From: Hyalangium minutum
GTDB taxonomy: Bacteria; Myxococcota; Myxococcia; Myxococcales; Myxococcaceae
Direction: 5' to 3'
Assembly (NCBI RefSeq): GCF_000737315.1
Contig: NZ_JMCB01000021.1
Coordinates: 1 to 64,000, forward strand
DNA length: 64,000 nucleotides
Shown here: piece after piece, positions 9,201 through 17,778 of the stretch
Position numbering within the stretch: the first letter of the stretch is position 1
Layout: each line of letters begins with the position of its first letter
The notes under the pieces: generated by a model
Seen by the model: the letters and a program-made list of their open reading frames with translations, nothing else
Database searches by the model: none
Told to the model about the DNA's origin: nothing
Made by a program: the position numbers and the translations under genes

Positions 9201-10022
9201 CTGTGAGACGCCCGGATCCGGCACGCACACCTGGACGAGCTCGTCACAGCCGACGCTCCAATTCATGTTTTGGAGATAGGAGCGCGTGTCCGTGTATTCG
9301 CTCGTTCCCAGCCGGTAGGTGAGCGTGGAGGCCGTGCCGCTCGAGCCTCCCTTCACGTAGGAGAGATAGGCCCCGCTGGGATGGCGGCGCAGCTGCAGCC
9401 CGTTCCAATTGACCTGATCCACGGGCACAGCCGTGGCGCACGTCGCGTCCGTTCCGAATCGGAATGCGATGGCCCCCAGGCACTCCGAGAAGTCCAGCTC
9501 GGTGGGCAGCGGCTGCTCGCTCCGAGGCCGCACCTGGACGCCCTGGGCCTGAGCGAAGGTATAGAGGCGGTAGTCGTATTGCGCGTTCCACACAAAGCGA
9601 GGCAGGACCTCGTAGGTGACGCCGCCAGCCCCACCGGCTCCCGCCTCCACGGACATCTCGAAGCTGAAGCCGCGCAGGTTGAGCTGGCCCGGCAGCTCCG
9701 TACGCGCCGTGAACCCGGTGGGACTGGTGCTCGTCGCCGTCACCAACCCGATCCGGTTGGTGTCCGTGTTGAGCAACTGGAGGATCGCCGGGTTCTGGTT
9801 GGTGAAGCGCACCTGTCCGCGGATGGTGTTGGGCTCGAGCACCACGCCCCCGGAGCCCTCGTCCAGCATCCCGGACTGCTCCGCCGGAGCCGGTTCCCGG
9901 AACGCTTCGGAGCCCGGGTCACACGCCGTGGTGGCTCCACACAGCCACAGCATCAGGGCCCATCCACGCGTGCTTCGTGTCAGGGTAGGTGGAATAAATG
10001 CTTGTCTATTCCTGGGTGTCAC
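6285..10022 (-). CDS. Large surface lipoprotein with C-terminal HYR and DUF5011-type Ig-like repeats (1245 aa)
   Basis: Signal peptide with ATTAC lipobox; repeated DTxPPxITC/ATDxC/VxVxD motifs; ends VVDCPW. Start uncertain. Confidence 0.85.
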   Translation of the reverse strand: MTPRNRQAFIPPTLTRSTRGWALMLWLCGATTACDPGSEAFREPAPAEQSGMLDEGSGGVVLEPNTIRGQVRFTNQNPAILQLLNTDTNRIGLVTATSTSPTGFTARTELPGQLNLRGFSFEMSVEAGAGGAGGVTYEVLPRFVWNAQYDYRLYTFAQAQGVQVRPRSEQPLPTELDFSECLGAIAFRFGTDATCATAVPVDQVNWNGLQLRRHPSGAYLSYVKGGSSGTASTLTYRLGTSEYTDTRSYLQNMNWSVGCDELVQVCVPDPGVSQRGALTGPWDIVGEPSQTYRQIVLSGGPDNNLRYHLLNFPQDSRAPGSDPSRWWTLPNMVPGSYSSLRGRGYARRGREFSFFETRNASPSSVVAGPAVPLTRQINGETRYPFVMHPAYFHGAIRLADPYVTAHPGAYSSLQALNFEADYDTNQDGIPNNTDFYAVARYSTQLRAEGQSSASAATSFPGAFSPSTGELSSGYEQLLPYIYDEPHPWRQDLLRLGFWTQGYNFVTRPGQYDPARFRYGYLDLKKKQNTPSTPLQPGQRYRVDHEYCFNEVQVEFSTADTPFFNPTAAISGSFRGADWRGLAADYTVTGLASGIPAAVGIPQSEAITYAQTRGSVSFTLPEGIYTLTPGAMLVNSNGSTNQATFQPIQFTLGCGQRMKLVPPLTVLIAPQPTCASGPSQIVTGVVKSRPAEIDRVWYRLNGGPEVTLCENCGIDYPFHIPVQLQACGNTVQVYAFTAGLPEPATGFQQLVWDDPADGPSCGEAACVNRPPVARCINQVVGASSACAGCASVNDGSYDPDGGEVTCVQTPDCPYALGQNRVTLTCTDAHGQSASCQAMVTVQDTTPPEITCAQPPALECSAGGAVASYAPSATDNCGASPSVTCTPTSGSRFAHGTTAVTCTATDAQGNQARCAFPVSVVDTQAPGLACPAAVTAECSSQGAAAVSLPQAVATDSCQLTQQSGGGVASYPLGTTDVTYSARDVGGNTTACTTQVSVVDTQAPTLTLVGEDPLVVGCGRSATAGVVATDVCQGDLTHRVEVVGLNPSVPGTYAVSYRVRDASGNVAQGAPRTVQVVEDSGPLSLSLNGDSELTLECGQDVYVDLGATAADGCGSPLEVHRYNSGQDAYGPGPDTAAEGTYSVQYLAWDSTGLTVGAIRTVHVDDRTPPALMLRGPAHMVHTCGTGWVDPGVEATDACYGNLSATVSRTGDVNGWAEGLYTLRYAVTDSGGNAAAPLTRTVEVVDCPW

Positions 10023-10136
10023 CGTTCCTCCCGTCTGGATTCACAAGGAGTATGCGTTGACAGAGGGAGTTCGCTGCTTTTCGGCAGTCTTTTCTGGAAA
10101 CGATCAGGCAACGCGCGGCGGCGCTATGCTGCATCC

Positions 10137-10427
10137 ATGAGAAACATGCGCCTCGGTGTACTGGGCTTCGCGCTGCTCGCGACGGCTTGCTCTACCCTCA
10201 GCCTGGACTCTCCGGGCCGGCCCAACAGTGTCACGGCCCTGAAGAGCACCCAGCAGGCTCAGCCCAAGGATCCTCACGACTTCGTGAACGATCCCACCAT
10301 TGGCAGCACCCCTCCTCCGCCCAGTCCCGAGAAGCCGCTCTGTCGGCTGCAGTGCGGCCCTGGTACGCACTGCGACGCCTCCGGCCTCGTCGAGCGCTGT
10401 GTGAGCGACGAGAAGCCGAAGCAGTAG
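10137..10427 (+). CDS. Small Cys-containing lipoprotein (96 aa)
   Basis: LLATAC lipobox; C-terminal CxxxCxxGxxC...C motif. Confidence 0.7.
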   Translation: MRNMRLGVLGFALLATACSTLSLDSPGRPNSVTALKSTQQAQPKDPHDFVNDPTIGSTPPPPSPEKPLCRLQCGPGTHCDASGLVERCVSDEKPKQ

Positions 10428-10463
10428 CCACCGCGTGGCGAACGGCCGCATCCCTGGGCGCGC

Positions 10464-10491
10464 TGATAGGGCGCCCCTATCACCTCCATTG
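10464..10491. promoter_or_regulatory. LysR/OxyR-type binding site
   Basis: Palindrome TGATAGGG-CGC-CCCTATCA, read as ATAG-N7-CTAT-N7-ATTG, upstream of the ankyrin gene. Confidence 0.55.
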
Positions 10492-10589
10492 AAACGATGT
10501 GTTGGGCAACTCCACAGCGGATCTCTACCGTGAGCAGTGTCACCGCTCGCCCGAACACCTCGCTCCCACTCTCAATCGGAGGATTCCCC

Positions 10590-11144
10590 ATGAAGACCAT
10601 GACCCAGGACTGGCAGACGCTGGCGACGAACGAGGACGCGCAGGCCCTGACCCGCGTGGCGTTCGAGCACGCGCGGGCGGGGAACACCGGCCGCCTGGCC
10701 TGGCTGCTGGCCGCGGGGCTGCCGGTGAACCTCAGCAACGAGCGAGGAGATACCCTGCTGATGGTGGCGAGCTACCACGGGCACCTGCAGACCACCCGGA
10801 TCCTGCTGGAGAACGAGGCCGATCCGGACCGCGCCAACTGCCATGGACGGATGGCGCTGGCGGGTGCGGCCTTCAAGGGAGATCTGGCCATCGCTCGGCT
10901 CCTGCTGGACCATGGCGCCCGGGTGGACGGCACCGCGCGCGATGGCAGAACGGCCCTCATGTACGCGGCCATGTGCGACCAGCTGGAGCTGCTCGAGCTG
11001 CTGGTGGCGCGAGGCTCGGAGCCGGCCCTGCAGGATGCCACGGGATGCACGGCGCTGGAGCATGCCCGCAGCACGGGGGCCCGGCGGGCCGTGGAGTGGC
11101 TCGAGCAGTTCCCCCAGGCCCACAGCCCTCTGCTGGCGGTGTAG
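10590..11144 (+). CDS. Ankyrin-repeat protein (AnkB-like)
   Basis: GDTLLMVASYHGH, ALAGAAFKG and GRTALMYAA repeats; GGAGG RBS. Confidence 0.9.
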   Translation: MKTMTQDWQTLATNEDAQALTRVAFEHARAGNTGRLAWLLAAGLPVNLSNERGDTLLMVASYHGHLQTTRILLENEADPDRANCHGRMALAGAAFKGDLAIARLLLDHGARVDGTARDGRTALMYAAMCDQLELLELLVARGSEPALQDATGCTALEHARSTGARRAVEWLEQFPQAHSPLLAV

Positions 11145-11145
11145 C

Positions 11146-12579
11146 TCAGCCCTGGCGCAGCACGAGCAGCCGCAGCTCGGTCATGTCCTCGATGGCGTAC
11201 CTCACGCCCTCGCGCCCCAGCCCTGAGCCCTTCACGCCCCCGTAAGGCATCGTGTCGACGCGGAAGCTCGGCACATCCCCCACGACGACGCCTCCCACCT
11301 CCAGCTCGTCCCACGCCTGCATCGCCCGGGTGAGGTCCTGGGTAAAGAGGCCCGCCTGCAGCCCGTAGCGCCCGTCGTTCACCTTCTGGAGCGCCTCCTC
11401 GAACGTCCGGAAGGGCTGGAGCAGCACGACGGGACCGAACGCCTCCTCCGCGCACAGCGGCTCGTCCGCAGGCACTCCCTCCAACACCGTGGCCTCCAGC
11501 AGTGCGCCTCGCCGCCCTCCTCCCGCCAGCACGCGCGCCCCCCGCGCCACTGCGCTCTGGATCCAGCCCTCCAGCCGCCGCGCGGCGGGCTCGTCAATCA
11601 TGGGGCCCAGCGTGGTGGCCTCGTCCCGAGGGTCTCCTGCCCGCAGCGATTGAGCCCGCGCCACGAGCCGCTCGCGCAGTGCTTCGTACAGTTCCTCGTG
11701 CGCGAGCACCCGCTGCACCGAAATGCAGCTCTGTCCCGCTTGGAAGAAGGCGCCATGCGCGATTCGATCCGCAACGAAGTCCAAGCGCTCTCGTTGGTCG
11801 CGGTCCACCACGCAGGCCGCGTTGCCTCCCAGCTCCAGGACCACCTTCTTCCGTCCCGCGCGTGCCTTCAGCTCCCAGCCCACCTTCTCTGAGCCCGTGA
11901 ACGAGAGCAGCTTCAGCCGGTCATCCTCGATGAACGGCTTGATGTCCTCCAGCCGCGTCGTGAGAACCGAGAAGGCTCCCTCGGGGAGGTCCGTCTCCGC
12001 GAGCACCTCGGCCATGAGCGTGGCACTCACCGGCGTACGGTCGGACGGCTTGAGGACGAACGGGCAGCCCGCTGCGATGGCCGGCGCCACCTTGTGCGCC
12101 ACCAGGTTCAACGGGAAGTTGAACGGCGTGATGAACGAGCACGGCCCCACGGGCACGCGCTGGGTGAAACCCCGGTAGCCCGCCGTGCGCCGCGACACCT
12201 CCAGGTTCAGCACCTCGCCCTCGATGCGCACGGCCTCCTCGGCGGCCGCCTTGAACGTCTCGATCAGCCGGGTGACCTCGCCCCGAGCGTCGCGCAGGGG
12301 CTTGCCCGCCTCGATGCAGAGCGCGAGCGCAAACTCCTCGGCCCGCTCGCGGAAGCGGCGCACGCAGTGCTCGAGCACCGCCTGCCGGGCGTACGGTGGC
12401 ATGCGCCGCATCGGGCCCGCCGCGCGCACTGCCGCAGCAATGGCCTCCTCCACGGCGGCCGCGTCCGCGAGCGCCACGTGCGTTACGACTTCGCCCGAGT
12501 ACTTGTTCGTCACGGCCAGCGCCGCGTTCGGCTGCCGCGAACGGTTGGCCAGGTAATAAGGATAGCGTTCAGCCAGCAT
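11146..12579 (-). CDS. Aldehyde dehydrogenase
   Basis: ITPFNFP, SFTGS, LELGGN, GQSCIS and EEAFGPV motifs. Confidence 0.95.
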   Translation of the reverse strand: MLAERYPYYLANRSRQPNAALAVTNKYSGEVVTHVALADAAAVEEAIAAAVRAAGPMRRMPPYARQAVLEHCVRRFRERAEEFALALCIEAGKPLRDARGEVTRLIETFKAAAEEAVRIEGEVLNLEVSRRTAGYRGFTQRVPVGPCSFITPFNFPLNLVAHKVAPAIAAGCPFVLKPSDRTPVSATLMAEVLAETDLPEGAFSVLTTRLEDIKPFIEDDRLKLLSFTGSEKVGWELKARAGRKKVVLELGGNAACVVDRDQRERLDFVADRIAHGAFFQAGQSCISVQRVLAHEELYEALRERLVARAQSLRAGDPRDEATTLGPMIDEPAARRLEGWIQSAVARGARVLAGGGRRGALLEATVLEGVPADEPLCAEEAFGPVVLLQPFRTFEEALQKVNDGRYGLQAGLFTQDLTRAMQAWDELEVGGVVVGDVPSFRVDTMPYGGVKGSGLGREGVRYAIEDMTELRLLVLRQG

Positions 12580-12614
12580 GGTGGTCCTCCCCTTCTCTCT
12601 TCCGTGCTCGAACC

Positions 12615-14252
12615 TCAGTGCGCGGCGCCCTGCTCATCCCCCGCCCCGAGCGCTCGCGAGTTGTCCGAGTAGTCGATGGGCAGATCGATGACGTGCACGC
12701 CTCCCGACTCCAGGCAGCGCGTGAGCATGGAGCCGAACTCGGAGGCGCTCGTGGGGCGGTGGCCTCGCGCACCGTAGGCCTCCGCGTAGCGGACGAAGTC
12801 CGGGTTCCCCAAGGTCATCCCGTAGTCCGGCAGTCCCATCGCCGACTGCTTCCAGCGAATCATCCCATAGCCGTCGTCGCGCACGACAATCACCGTCAGG
12901 TCCAGCTTCAGTCGCACCGCCGTCTCGAGTTCCTGCGAGTTCATCATGAACCCACCGTCTCCGCAGACCGCGATCACCTTGCGCTGCGGGTAGACCAGCT
13001 TGGCCGCGATGGCCGACGGGAGCCCGGCCCCCATCGTCGCGAGCGCGTTGTCGAGCAGCAGCGTGTTGGGCTTCCGGCACCGGTAGTAACGGGCGAACCA
13101 GAGCTTGTACATGCCGTTGTCCAGACAGACGATCCCATCCTCCGGCATGACGCGGCGCACCTCGGACACGAGCCGGACCGGGTGAATCGGGAAGCGCTCA
13201 TCCTCCGTACCGCGCCCGAGCTGGGTGTACAGCTCCGAGCGGATGCGCTCGAAGGGTGCGAAGTCCCAGTGAGTGCGCGGGCCGACGCCCTCGGCAATGC
13301 GCCACACGGCGTTGGCGATGTCTCCGGTCACCTCCACCTGCGGGAAGTACACGGGGTCCACTCCGGCCGACGAGAAGTTCAGGTGGACCACCTTGCGGCG
13401 GTTGTCGCGCATGACGAACGGCGGCTTCTCGATGACGTCATGGCCTACGTTGATGATGCAGTCCGAGGCCTCGATGGCCCGGTGGACGAAGTCACCGTCC
13501 GAGAGCGCCGCCGTCCCCATCCAGAACGGGTGCGTCTCATCCACCACGCCCTTGCCCATCTGGGTGCTGAAGAAAGGCATTCCCACGTGGCTGACGAAGG
13601 CCCGGAGCATGTCCGAGGTCAACTTCCGGTTGGCCCCCGCGCCGATCATCAGCAGCGGCCGCCGGGCCGACGCGATGGCGTCGACCGCCATGGCGATGGA
13701 GGCCTCATCCGCCACGGGGCGGCGATGGGCACTGGGCGCGATGGGCGCGGCCTCGATGGTCTCACGGGCGATGTCCTCGGGCAGCTCCAGGTGGGTGGCA
13801 CCCGGGCGCTCTTCCTCGGCACGGCGGAAGGCCTCGCGCACCGCCGAGGGGATGTGCTCCGCGGAGACGAGCGTGCGGGTGCTCTTGGTGAGCGGCTTCA
13901 TCATTCCCACGACATCGACGATCTGGAAGTGGCCCTGCTTGCTGGCCTTGATGGGCTTCTGCCCGGTCAGCATCACCATGGGCATGGCACCGAGCTGGGC
14001 ATACGCCGCGGCGGTGACGAGGTTGGTCGCCCCCGGCCCGAGCGTCGCCAGACACACGCCCGCACGTCCGGTGAGCCGTCCCGAGGTGGCCGCCATGAAG
14101 CCCGCTGCCTGCTCGTGCCGGGTGACCACGAAGCGGATGCCCGAGGCTCGCAGCGACTCGAGCATGTCCAGGTTCTCCTCACCGGGGAGACCGAAGACAC
14201 AACGCACGCCCTCGGCTTCGAGCGCTTTCACGAACAGATCAGACGCCTTCAT
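12615..14252 (-). CDS. ThDP-dependent enzyme, acetolactate synthase large-subunit family
   Basis: FGLPGEEN, RHEQAAGFMA and GDGGFMMN; likely start MKASD at 14252. Confidence 0.9.
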   Translation of the reverse strand: MKASDLFVKALEAEGVRCVFGLPGEENLDMLESLRASGIRFVVTRHEQAAGFMAATSGRLTGRAGVCLATLGPGATNLVTAAAYAQLGAMPMVMLTGQKPIKASKQGHFQIVDVVGMMKPLTKSTRTLVSAEHIPSAVREAFRRAEEERPGATHLELPEDIARETIEAAPIAPSAHRRPVADEASIAMAVDAIASARRPLLMIGAGANRKLTSDMLRAFVSHVGMPFFSTQMGKGVVDETHPFWMGTAALSDGDFVHRAIEASDCIINVGHDVIEKPPFVMRDNRRKVVHLNFSSAGVDPVYFPQVEVTGDIANAVWRIAEGVGPRTHWDFAPFERIRSELYTQLGRGTEDERFPIHPVRLVSEVRRVMPEDGIVCLDNGMYKLWFARYYRCRKPNTLLLDNALATMGAGLPSAIAAKLVYPQRKVIAVCGDGGFMMNSQELETAVRLKLDLTVIVVRDDGYGMIRWKQSAMGLPDYGMTLGNPDFVRYAEAYGARGHRPTSASEFGSMLTRCLESGGVHVIDLPIDYSDNSRALGAGDEQGAAH

Positions 14253-14334
14253 CGGGATGCCCTCCTCACTCTTGGCTGGAGGAAGATTTACGTTCCGCTG
14301 GCGATTCGTACATTCGTTTGTTCCCATGGACCCG

Positions 14335-14349
14335 ATAGATGGTGCCTAT
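14335..14349. promoter_or_regulatory. LysR box
   Basis: ATAG-N7-CTAT between the divergent ThDP-enzyme and LysR genes. Confidence 0.65.
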
Positions 14350-14359
14350 GATGGCGCGG

Positions 14360-15244
14360 ATGGAGCTTCGCCACCTCCGCTACTTCTCCGCCGTCGCTGA
14401 CACGCTGCACTTCGGCCGCGCAGCGCGGCGCGTCCACGTCTCACAGCCCACGCTGTCACAGCAGATCCGCCAGCTCGAGGAGGAGCTCGGCACCCCGCTC
14501 TTCGAGCGCGCCCGCACCGGCGTGCGGCTGACCCAGGCAGGCGAGCTGTTCCGCACCTATGCCTCACGGGCCCTGGAGGATGTGGACGCGGGCAAGGTCG
14601 CGGTGGGCGCCTTGCGAGGGCTCGCCACGGGAGCGCTGCGGGTAGGCTATCCGCCCAGCATGCGCGGTGTCGTGGTGCCCGCGCTCGCCGCCGTGCTGCG
14701 CAAGCACCCGGGACTCGCGCTGAGCGCCGAAGAGGCCGTGGTGCGGCGGGTGGAGCGGCGGCTCGCGGACGGCAAGCTCGACGTGGGCCTGGCCTATGCC
14801 CCCGCGCGATTGCCGGACCTCGACGCGGAGCCCATCTTCGACAGCCGGCTCGCGCTCGTTGTGGGGCGAGGACATCCGCTGGCGGACACGGAGACCGTGG
14901 GGGCCAGGCAGCTGGCAGACCTGCCGTTTGCCCTGCTCTCGCGTGGGCTGCGAGTACGATTGCGCGTGGATGCGTACTTCGCCGCCTTGCGAATCGCGCC
15001 ACACATCGCGCTCGAGTCGAACGCCGTGGGCACCGTGCTCGCCATCGTGCGCGCGGGGCTCGCTGTCACCGTGCTCCCGGAGCCGCGCCTCGCGGACGCC
15101 GAGCGCTTGCTGGTGAAGCGGCTGTCACCGGCTCCACGCTCTGAGCTCGCGGCGCTCCTGTGGCGCAAGGGCGCACCGCGCACCCCCGCGGCCGAGCTGT
15201 TTGCCGCGGAGGTGCGCGCACGGGCGAAGGAGGATGGGAGCTGA
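14360..15244 (+). CDS. LysR-family regulator (CynR-like)
   Basis: MELRHLRYF...HFGRAA...SQPTLSQQIRQLEEELG HTH motif. Confidence 0.95.
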   Translation: MELRHLRYFSAVADTLHFGRAARRVHVSQPTLSQQIRQLEEELGTPLFERARTGVRLTQAGELFRTYASRALEDVDAGKVAVGALRGLATGALRVGYPPSMRGVVVPALAAVLRKHPGLALSAEEAVVRRVERRLADGKLDVGLAYAPARLPDLDAEPIFDSRLALVVGRGHPLADTETVGARQLADLPFALLSRGLRVRLRVDAYFAALRIAPHIALESNAVGTVLAIVRAGLAVTVLPEPRLADAERLLVKRLSPAPRSELAALLWRKGAPRTPAAELFAAEVRARAKEDGS

Positions 15245-15245
15245 G

Positions 15246-15929
15246 TCAGGGAGCCCCTTCCGCGCCAGCGCGTGTGAGCGTCACGGCCTCGGGCGTGCCT
15301 TCCGGCCAGCGCCAGAGCACCATCCGCTGGCCTGGAGTGTCACAGAGCTCGATGCGCCGGCCTCCCGGATGCCGGAAGTAGAGCGAGCGGGTCCCCTTGA
15401 AGCCCGAGTCCGCCGGTAGCTCCTGGGAGGGGACCACTTCCCGGTCCACCCGCCAGTGCCGCACCACGGGTTTCTCTCGCAAGTGGCGGTGCACCTCCAA
15501 GACCAGGCTGTCCACGCCCACCACGCTCCAGTCGAGCATGAGCTCCTTGCCGAACTGCCGCCGCTCGCTGAGCAGCGGATAGGCACGGCCTCCCACGTAG
15601 GCTGTCGCGTCGACCTTGGCCCCATTCAGGGAGTCGAGGAAGGCCACCTCCATGCGGACGGTCCCTTTCGGCACCTGGAACGCGTACACCATGCGCCCGA
15701 GCTGCCGCTCGTGGGCTCCCCGGTACGTGTCCGGTGGATCCACCTGCGAGAGGAGCGTGGGCTCTCCGGCTCGGAACTGCTCGAGGCCTTCAGGGGCCGC
15801 GAGCGCGGGGGCCTCTGCGGGCAGCTCCACCCGCTTCCACCCCGCGGTCTGATCCGAGGGGACATAGCAAGGGCCCGTAGGCACCGCCGACAGGAGCAGC
15901 GCGCTGGCCAGGGAGATCATCGGTCCCAT
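15246..15929 (-). CDS. Secreted hypothetical protein
   Basis: Hydrophobic N-terminus; GC3-biased ORF starting 1 nt after the upstream stop. Confidence 0.7.
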   Translation of the reverse strand: MGPMISLASALLLSAVPTGPCYVPSDQTAGWKRVELPAEAPALAAPEGLEQFRAGEPTLLSQVDPPDTYRGAHERQLGRMVYAFQVPKGTVRMEVAFLDSLNGAKVDATAYVGGRAYPLLSERRQFGKELMLDWSVVGVDSLVLEVHRHLREKPVVRHWRVDREVVPSQELPADSGFKGTRSLYFRHPGGRRIELCDTPGQRMVLWRWPEGTPEAVTLTRAGAEGAP

Positions 15930-15930
15930 C

Positions 15931-16620
15931 TCAAGCGCTCCGAGCCGCGTTCCGGGCCGAGAGCCACGCGCCGCCCAGCATCAGCATGCCGGCGCCCGCC
16001 AGGCCCGCCACGCGCAAGGTGCCGCTGAGGTGCGTGGTGTCGTAGGCCAGCGCCTTGCCCACCGCGATGGCGATGAACGCAAAGCCCGCGTCACGGATGA
16101 CGCCCTCACCGCGCGCGCGGCCATGCAGCACCAGCGCGACACCCGCGACGAGCCACCCCAGGGTGAGCACCAGTCGGCGGCCCACGTCATCTCCCGCGAA
16201 GCCCATCGTGAGGAAGTGGAAGTAGAAGGCCCACGAAGCGGCGATGGCCGCGGCCGTCAGCCCGTACCAGAGGAGCACGGACTGCACGCGGTCCTTCTCC
16301 CCACCCACGCGCCGCGAACGCCACACGGAGAGCATCGCGGCCACGAGTGTCACCGCCAGGCCGGCGAGCAACAGGCCGGACTTGGTGGCCGCGTACCACG
16401 CGCCTCCCAGCACGGCACAGGTGAGCACCGCGATGGGACCGGCGAGGGGCCGCTCCTGGGGAACTCCCGCCAGCGCCAGCCCCGTGGCCCCCACCGCCAC
16501 GACGGCCAGCAGCATCTCCATGGGGACCTGCAGGTCTCTCCAGAGGAACACCGCCGCCAGCCCCATCAGCCCCACGCCCGCGACAGCCAAGACACGCACA
16601 TCCCACTTCGTTCCGTTCAC
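15931..16620 (-). CDS. Multi-pass membrane protein (DUF2339-like C-terminus)
   Basis: About 7 hydrophobic segments; KALAYDTTHLSGTLRVAG motif; GTG start with GGAGGAG RBS. Confidence 0.75.
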   Translation of the reverse strand: MNGTKWDVRVLAVAGVGLMGLAAVFLWRDLQVPMEMLLAVVAVGATGLALAGVPQERPLAGPIAVLTCAVLGGAWYAATKSGLLLAGLAVTLVAAMLSVWRSRRVGGEKDRVQSVLLWYGLTAAAIAASWAFYFHFLTMGFAGDDVGRRLVLTLGWLVAGVALVLHGRARGEGVIRDAGFAFIAIAVGKALAYDTTHLSGTLRVAGLAGAGMLMLGGAWLSARNAARSA

Positions 16621-16752
16621 TTGGGTTCTCCTCCGTGTGCCAGAGGAGATTGCAGCGAGCGGGCCAGCGGCTGACGCACGGCGGCATGCGGGGTTAGGGG
16701 CGCGGTTGTGCAGACCGGTGTGCAGCGGCGAGCACATCCGGCAGTGCACACG

Positions 16753-17778
16753 TCACTTCGCGGACGCACCCTCCATCCGCAGGAACCGCGCGGCGTTGTT
16801 GTAGAGGATGTCGCGCTTCTGCGCCTCGCTCAGGAACGGCGCCTGCTCGATGAGCTGGAGGGCCTTGGGGACGACACCGGGCCACACCATCTGGTCCGAC
16901 CCGAACATGACCCGGTTCCCGAACCCCGCTTCGACGAGGCGCTGGAGGTACCGGTAGAACTCGGCCTTGGGCAGCGCATAGATGATGACGCCCGTGTCCA
17001 CGTAGACCTGCGGATGCGCCCACATCACCGCGAGCATGTCGTCGAGCATCGGCCAGCCCGCGTGCATGACGTAGATCCGCAGCTTGGGGTGCTTCATGAG
17101 CACCTCCTCGAGCGCCAGCGGCGAGTGCATCCGGGCGCGGTACTTCTCGAACCCCAGGTATGGCGCTCCCGGTGGCCCTGCCCCAATGTGGATGCCCACC
17201 GGCACATCCAGCTCCTCGGCCAGCGCGAGGTAGGGCTCGAAGGCCGGGTCATTGGGTTCGATGCCGCCGTACTGGTTCGTCACCTCGGCGAGCGCCTTGT
17301 AGCGCCCCTCCTTGAACCACTGCCGTACCGTCTCCACCGAAGGATGCTGCGGATCCGCCAGGTTGAAGTACAGCGTGGGCACGATCCGGGTGGGCTCGGC
17401 GGCATGCCACTTCTCCACAAGGCCCTCGGCGCCGCCGCTCGTCAGGGCCGTGATGTTGTAGCGCCGCAGCACCTCGATGCTCTCGCGCATCACTGCCTCG
17501 TCTGTCGTCTGCGACCACACCGGATCACTGCAAGTGGGCTGCTTGAGCCACACGGTGAACGGCTCTGCCCACGGCTTGCGCGGATCCCATACCGGAAGGG
17601 ACTCACCCGACACGCACATGGCGAGCGGGGGAGGGCCCTGCTCCTCCGCTCCCGTGGCGTGGAAGTGCACGTCGATGATGGGCTGCAATGAAGTGTCGCG
17701 CTGGGGCGCGTGTGCGCACGCTCCGAGCAGCAGCCCTCCAGCCATGAAGACGAAGCCAACGAATACCCGCCGGTTCAT
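16753..17778 (-). CDS. Amidohydrolase family 2 lipoprotein
   Basis: LLGAC lipobox; IDVHFH, GIHIG, MHAG and FGSD motifs. Confidence 0.9.
   Translation of the reverse strand: MNRRVFVGFVFMAGGLLLGACAHAPQRDTSLQPIIDVHFHATGAEEQGPPPLAMCVSGESLPVWDPRKPWAEPFTVWLKQPTCSDPVWSQTTDEAVMRESIEVLRRYNITALTSGGAEGLVEKWHAAEPTRIVPTLYFNLADPQHPSVETVRQWFKEGRYKALAEVTNQYGGIEPNDPAFEPYLALAEELDVPVGIHIGAGPPGAPYLGFEKYRARMHSPLALEEVLMKHPKLRIYVMHAGWPMLDDMLAVMWAHPQVYVDTGVIIYALPKAEFYRYLQRLVEAGFGNRVMFGSDQMVWPGVVPKALQLIEQAPFLSEAQKRDILYNNAARFLRMEGASAK

Noticed and set aside
6261-9206. 981-aa plus-strand ORF (also 38558-41026 +, 17920-19590 - and many similar)
   Set aside because: Antisense or off-frame shadows of real high-GC3 genes; Arg/Ala/Gly-rich with no domain motifs.
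10057-10062. TTGACA as a -35 element
   Set aside because: No plausible -10 hexamer at 16-18 bp spacing.
10464-10482. Resemblance of TGATAG/CTATCA to the tet operator
   Set aside because: Arms are in the opposite orientation to tetO; the ATAG-N7-CTAT LysR reading fits better.
12615-14252. Assigning the symbol ilvB
   Set aside because: No small subunit or ilv context; the function may be catabolic.
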